Of a DNA stretch of 64,000 nt, positions 57,602-64,000 are shown one piece after another. This DNA is from Octopus sinensis (Eukaryota). Location: positions 20,584,001-20,648,000 of the forward strand of contig NC_043006.1 of the NCBI RefSeq assembly GCF_006345805.1, written 5' to 3'. Within the stretch, counting starts at the first letter, position 1, and each line of letters starts with the position of its first letter. Made by a program: the position numbers and the translations under genes. Below the pieces are notes generated by a model, which saw only the letters and a program-made list of their open reading frames with translations, had not been told where the DNA came from and ran no database searches.

Positions 57602-58004
57602 ACTCTTTACTCTCTTTTACTCTTTTACTTGTTTCAATCATTTGACTGCGGCCATGCTGGAGCACCGCCTTTAGTCGAGCAAATCGACCCCGGGACTTAT
57701 TCTTTGTAAGCCCAGTACTTATTCTATCGGTCTCTTTTGCCGAACCGCTAAGTAACGGGGACATAAACACACCAGCATCGGTTGTCAAGCAATGCTAGGG
57801 GAACAAACACAGACACACAAACACACACACATACATATATATATACATATATACGACAGGCTTCTTTTCAGTTTCCGTCTACCAAATCCACTCACAAGGC
57901 ATTGGTCGGCCCGGGGCTATAGCAGAAGACACTTGCCCAAGTTGCCACGCAGTGGGACTGAACCCAGAACCATGTGGTTGGTAAACAAGCTACTTACCAC
58001 ACAG
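57602..58004 (-). mobile_element. SINE family C, first ~12 nt of the head missing
   Basis: Abuts the RTE element at ...ttaccacacag|agctgatg. Confidence 0.92.
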
Positions 58005-60204
58005 AGCTGATGCAGAGTTCTTAGGCCCATAAACTTGCTTCATCAGATGGTAAAGCTTCTTGCTGTCATTTGCATCAGCAGCAGCCTGAACATCATGGGC
58101 AAAATCCTCTCACCAAGTGTTCTGCATCTTCCTGAGAGATCGCTGCAGTAGTGATTTTACACTGCTATGGTGGGCAAGTGTTAGATTTCGCTGCACAGCT
58201 GAAAGTCCTCTCTGCAGCAATACATTGTGGACATGGCGCTTTACAACCAATAGCCACTGAACTTCAGCATCATTTTCCTCAAACCAGTCTCTGTGTCTGG
58301 CAGTAGCATATCCCAGTGTTTCAACAGCACATTGAAGAACCTGATCTCTAAAATCTTCCCATACTGTAGTAGGGGATTTACTAAATCAACAGAAATCACA
58401 GGTCGTTGTATCGAACACTTCTCTGAGCTCCTAAACCACGAGTCAGTTGTGGATGAAACAGTGATTGATACTATGCCACAAAGACCTATCATTGGTTCCT
58501 TAAGTTCCATGCCCTCAGTAGATGAGATAATGAGAGTAATAAGTAAATTGAATCTTGGTAGGGCACCTGGAAGGGATGGAATTTGTGCTGAAGTCTTGCA
58601 ATTTGGTGTGATTTCATCATACAGTCCCTTCATGAACTTATTGTAGTTTGGAGGGATGGTGCAATGCCCAATCATTGGAAAGGTGCAATTACTCTTCCTC
58701 TCTATAAAGGAAAAGGAGCCAGAATAATGTGTGGTAACTATAGAGGTATTGCTCTTATAACAGATGCTGGCGAGGTTCTAGCAAATATTCTTCTTAGCCG
58801 TCTGAATGGGTGTCTCGTAAATGATGTTCTATCTGAATCTCAATGTGGCTTCCGATCTGGTAGAGGGACAATGGATATGATTTTCACAGGAGAAGTGCTA
58901 AGAGCAGAATATGGATCTTGTCCAGATATTCATTGATTTAACCAAGGCCTTTGATATTGTGAATAGAGTCTTGTTATGGAAAATACTTGGCAGACTTGGA
59001 TGACCGGATCACTTTATAATTAAATCATTTCATGATGGGATGGAGCCCTGGATCAATGTTGGTGGTGGCATGGCGGGACCCATTCCTGTAGAGAATGGTG
59101 TCAAGAAGGACGACATCCTTGCCCCATCCTTTGTACTTTGCTGCTGCTTTTACTCATGATTTTGCTAAGGTTAGCTGTCTGGGAATATATGTCAGGTATT
59201 GATCTTCTGGTCGCCTCTTTAATCTGCGCCGATTTGCTGCCAATTCAAAAGTCTCTTATTCGTGACCTCCTTTATGTAGATGACTGCGACTTAGTCACTC
59301 ATACAATGGATGACATGCAAATACTTAGGAATCGTATTTTTGCTTCTTGCAAGGCATTTAGACTCAGCATTAGCCTGGACAAGACTGTTGCAATATTCCA
59401 GCCTGCACCAGGAAATCCATATATGGAACCAGCTATCTAGGTTGAAGAAACAATACTGAAAGTGGTAGACAAGTTTGTCTACCTGGGAAGCACACTCAAC
59501 CGTTCTTGCTCCCTAGATGATGAAATATCTTTCAAGCTGCAGAGAGCAACTGATTCCTTCCGGTCTCTTGAGTCTCGTATCTAGTCCCAGCATAGCATCA
59601 CAAGGCAAACAAAAATTGCTGTGTACCGTGCATGTGTACAGATATCGTTCTTTTACCCATGAGACATGGACCCTTTACAAACTCCATGTAAAGGTCCTTG
59701 AACACTTCCATCAAAGATGTCTGAGACATATTCTGAATGTTGGCTGGACCTTAAAAACTCCAGACTCAATCTGATATCTTGAAGCAATGGTGCACAAGCT
59801 CCGGTTACGTTGGACTGGACACCTTATTAGAATGAAGGATAGCAGGATCCCTAGACAGATGCTATATGGGGAACTTGTTTGTGGAAAGAGACCCCGGCAG
59901 AAACCAAGGCTGCGATTAAGTCCTCATTAAAGGTCTGTGATATGCAGGAGACCGACTAAGAGAGCAATGCCTGTCATCACCACAGATGAAGGAGGGAAGT
60001 TAAGGTGGGGGTCGACACCTTTGAAAGAGCACATATTCTTCATGAAGAATTTAAGCGTGTTGCTCGAAAGCGCAATGTTTACAGTCGTTCATGCAGGGCT
60101 TATTAGCCACCAACGGAGCCGCAAATGCAAAATATTAGTCCTAGAGCGCACAATGTTGCAAAAGGTCAACAATGGTCTTCCTCGATTACGAGTGGACGGC
60201 CATC
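58005..60204 (+). mobile_element. RTE-clade LINE, 5'-truncated with an inverted 5' segment
   Basis: Plus strand: EHFSELLN, GRAPGRDGI, LYKGKG...CGNYRGIAL, ESQCGFRSGRGTMDMIF, RDLLYVDD, HETWTLYK..., followed by an (ATGT)n tail. 58005-~58350 encodes the upstream linker on the minus strand. Confidence 0.88.
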
Positions 60205-60253
60205 ATGTATGTATGTATGTATGTATGTATGTATGTATGTATGTATGTATGTA

Positions 60254-60655
60254 TAGGTGCAGGAGTGGCTGTGTGGTAAGTAGCTTGTTTACCAACCACA
60301 TGGTTCCAGGTTCAGTCCCACTGCGTTACACCTTGGGCAAGTGTCTTCTACTATAGCCTCGGGCCGACCAAAACCTTGTGAGTGGATTTGGTAGACGGAA
60401 ACTGAAAGAAGCCTGTCGTATATATGTATATATAATATATATATATATATATATGCGTGTTTGTGTGTCTGTGTTTGTCGCCCCAACATTACTTAGCGGT
60501 TCGGCAAAAGAGGCCGATAGAATAAGTACTGGGCTTACAAAAGAATAAGTCCTGGGGTCGAGTTGCTCGATTAAAGGTGGTGCTCCAGCATGGCCGCAGT
60601 CAAATGACTGAAACAAGTAAAAGAGTAAAAGAGTAAAAGAGTAAAGAGTAAGAGT
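60254..60655 (+). mobile_element. SINE family C (internal deletion)
   Basis: Head through (AAAAGAGT)n tail. Confidence 0.92.
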
Positions 60656-60792
60656 ATGTATGTATGTGTATAATAATTTAATGTATAAATTTCGCTACAT
60701 AATTTAGCAACTGACAGCGATTTTGCTGTTAGTCCGATGCAATTTTTTCCTGTCTTTCAAGTTTAATATATAGATGTAAGTAAAACGTCAAC

Positions 60793-60985
60793 CTGGCAGA
60801 AGCGTAAGCACACCGGATAAAATGCTTAGCGACATTTCGTCCGTTCTGAGTTCAAATTCCGCCGAGGCCGACTTTGCTTTTCGTCCTAGCGTGGTCTAGT
60901 TGAGCATTAGACTTGATGTAATCGACTTGACCCCCCCCCCCCGGCATCGAAATTGCTGGCCTTGTGCCAAAAGTTGAAACCAATG
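60793..60985 (+). mobile_element. Old SINE-B variant
   Basis: ctggcagaagcgtaagc...gagttcaaattccgccgagg...aaattgctggccttgtgcc. Confidence 0.72.
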
Positions 60986-61382
60986 TATATAGGCGTTAGT
61001 GCTAAACTCAGTTAAACCGACATGCTGTTTGTTGAAGTTCGGGATGAGTTAAATATCCGTATCATAAAGTCATAAAAATATCTACTTTCTCTGAATAACA
61101 CGTGGGAGTAAGGAGGGTGAGGTACGTGTTTGTGTTACACTGCGTTTCAAAGTGTTTAGCTCAGATGATTGAAGTAGTTTCTATACAGACTTTTACTTAC
61201 TGTTGTAAGTATATCAAATAATGATATGTAATGAATGTGGGTAGGTAGCTCAGCAGTGAAGAGAAGTTGTTGCTTTGAAATATATCTGTCATTAGCCTCT
61301 GCTATTAGCCTAATTTTGTTGGCGACTATTGTAATTGCTCCAGTTCTTAGTGATAGTGGTATGAGCCATGCCATCTATTTGT

Positions 61383-61383
<1 letters not shown>

Positions 61384-61438
<55 letters not shown>

Positions 61439-61603
61439 TTGTCTCTGTCGCTCACTCCCGCACTCTCTCTCCCTTCGTCCCTCCTTCCGTCCCTCCGTCC
61501 CTCCCCCTGTCTCTCTCTACGCACACATATATATGCAAGTTAATATATATGTATACATAAATGCATACATACAGGCATACATATATACATATCCCTGTGT
61601 GTG

Positions 61604-61695
<92 letters not shown>

Positions 61696-61760
61696 CATCT
61701 ATCTATGTATCTGTCTGCCTGTCTGTCTTCCCTCTCTATCTGTCTGTCTGCCTGTCTGTC
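61384..61760. repeat. (TATC)n/(TGTC)n compound microsatellites
   Basis: Two (CTAT)n runs separated by CT- and TA-rich sequence. Confidence 0.92.
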
Positions 61761-62186
61761 TGTCTTCCCTCTCTATCTGTCTGCATTTTATCTCAATTGA
61801 AAAAACATTCTAAAACAGCGGTCCTTATAGCCACATAGCCATTCAATGCTTAAAAACTAGTTTTATAGATATTTTTTTCAAAATTCGTATTTTATTTATT
61901 ATACATTAACTTGAGCAGAAGGAAATCTAGCTATTTAATGCATCTAAAGCAACATTTTTTTCATGGACCCTTAATGTACTTCTATGAGTCCAAAGTTTAC
62001 TATTTTGCTACCATGGACCCCTCCCTACCAAATCTTATATGGATCCTGGTTGAGAATCCCTGTCCTAAAACATTAATTATGGACATATTTACACATGTGA
62101 GCACCTCATCAAAGTTGGCTCTTCATAACTTGCAGAAAAACGAGTATTTTTTAACGAAATTATCCACAAATACTCGTCAGATGGTT

Positions 62187-62542
62187 TGATCTAATTCTCG
62201 CCCACAACATCATAAGCGGAAAGTGTAACCTCTCGAAAGAGCTGTTCTTCACTCCTGCTCCAGAGCGTCGGTTGCGGGGTCATTCCGAAAAGCACTACCT
62301 GCGACGATTTCATCTCAATCGAAGGAGAGGAGCTTTCTCCGTCCGGGTTGCGGATCCGTGGAACAAGCTGCCAGACGAGATGGTGAAGATGCCGACGACC
62401 GCTTTGTTCAAAGCCTCCCTGGACCTCAAGTGGCCTGAACTCTTTACATGAACACCACCCTGTACTTAACTCCATGTCCCCCTACATGGCCTTGCTATTT
62501 GCTTTTAAGCCAAATTAGCTAACTAACTAACTAACTAACTAA
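62187..62542 (+). mobile_element. CR1-clade LINE 3' end
   Basis: DLILAHNIISGKCNL...RLRGHSEK...FSVRVADPWNKLP...LDLKWPELFT*, then a 3' UTR and a (TAAC)n tail. Confidence 0.85.
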
Positions 62543-62548
62543 CATATT

Positions 62549-63020
62549 GGAATTTGTTGCGACATATTTTTTATGACATAGGTGAAGTGTTTCAGATAAC
62601 TCACACGATTCGAATTTGTTTCGTCATAACTTACAAAACGAAAACAAAATGGCTAATTTTTAATGAAATTTTCTACAAATAGCTTTCATATTGTATAAGT
62701 TCTGTTTATATTGGAAATTGTTGCGAAAACTTTTTCGGAAGAGGGGAAAAGTTTCAGATAAATAAAACGATTCGTCTTAGTTTCTTCCTAACTTTCAAAA
62801 AGTAATAAAAAGGAGACTAGTTCTTACTGAAATTTTCTATTCCAATATAATCAGAATCTATAGATTCTGATCAAAATTGGAATTTGTTGCGAATTTTTTT
62901 TCTGTGGTAGGAGAGGGGTTTCGGGTAAAACACACGATTCGACTTTGTTCTTTATAACCTTCAGAAATTTTCTACAAATATCTTTCTGATAGTGTAGATT
63001 ACGATTAAATCGGAATTTAA
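62549..63020. repeat. Diverged ~130-170-bp tandem repeat x3
   Basis: ggaa(t/a)ttgttgcga recurs near 62549, 62712 and 62879. Related sequence at ~33280-33540. Confidence 0.65.
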
Positions 63021-63162
63021 TATGAAAAAAAAAGAAAAGAAAAGAAAAAAATGCTGTTTGCGCACACTTGCATACTAACAGACATCGCATGTATATCTAA
63101 AATATGAAAACTTGAAATTTTGAAAAAAAAAAATGGGATTTGTGTCAGTATGCTGGTGTGTA

Positions 63163-63528
63163 TACTCTTTTACTCTTTTACTTGTTTCAGTCATTTGACT
63201 GCGGCCAAGACTTATTCTTTTGTAAGCCCAGTACTTATTCTATCGGTTTCTTTTGCCGAACCGCTAGTTAACAGGGGACATAACACACACCAGCATCGGT
63301 TGTCAAGCAATGCTAGGGGGACAAACACAGACACACAAACACACACACGCATATATATATACATACATATATACGACGGGCTTCTTTCAGTTTCCGTCTA
63401 CCAAATCCACTCACAAGGCCCGAGGTTATAGTAGAAGACACTTGCCCAAGGTGCCACGCAGTGGGACTGAACCCCGAACCATGTGGTTGGTAAACAAGCT
63501 ACTTACCACACAGCCACTCCTGCGCCTA
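63163..63528 (-). mobile_element. SINE family C (internal deletions)
   Basis: Collinear with the other copies. Confidence 0.9.
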
Positions 63529-64000
63529 TGTATGGCTAACAAGTTTTTAAAAATTACCTTAAATTCATATATAACCGTAGTTAGCAACCTCTGTTATGTA
63601 TTTGTAGGGATACCCATTAAAAGATGCCTATTTTACTGAAAGTTATGAGGAAGCAAAGTCGAATCGTTTGAATTGTCCGAAGATCCTCTCTCCCCCAACC
63701 GGAAAAATTTCACAACAAACTCGTAATCTATATCATCTGAAATGGTATTTATCTTATACTTATTTATCCTTTTATTTGTTTCTGTCATTAGACTTCGGCC
63801 ATACTAAAGAATTTCAGTTGAACGAATCGACTCACAGAAATTCCTTTTTTAAAACCTGATACTCTATCGGCCTGTTTTGTCGAGCCGCTAGGTTACGGGG
63901 ACGTAAACATGTCAACACCGGTAGCCAAGCAATGGTAGAAGACAAACAAACACACACACATATTGGAATCTTACATATATAAGATCCGAAAAAATGGATC

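Overview
AT-rich, microsatellite-dense eukaryotic DNA. The SINE complement resembles that of octopod cephalopods, but that host assignment is inference. I could not support any host protein-coding gene, rRNA, true tRNA or CRISPR array. The window is essentially a transposable-element landscape. It holds three tRNA-derived SINE families (my labels A, B, C; about 30 copies), decayed RTE, CR1 and R4/Dong-type LINEs, three hAT transposase remnants, an internally deleted Tc1/mariner, several MITE families, three non-autonomous Helitrons, and Penelope-like terminal repeats with minimal hammerhead ribozyme motifs next to (TA)n tracts. The most notable observation is a pair of strongly diverged 2.1-2.4 kb single-ORF retroelements (33628-36059 and 40024-42109). 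They encode a Tx1/L1-type ORF1 with a CCHC knuckle plus an unrecognised C-terminal domain, and no RT or endonuclease. Both sit at the same nucleotide of the tRNA-like head of SINE family C, with the same 9-bp target duplication (AAGTAGCTT in element sense; one mismatch in copy 1). This suggests a long-lived, SINE-targeting, ORF1-only ('half-LINE') lineage. A second notable pattern is that SINE-B repeatedly forms head-to-tail multimers with the same junction inside a single TSD. All alignments and coordinates were done by eye; ends without a stated TSD are approximate.
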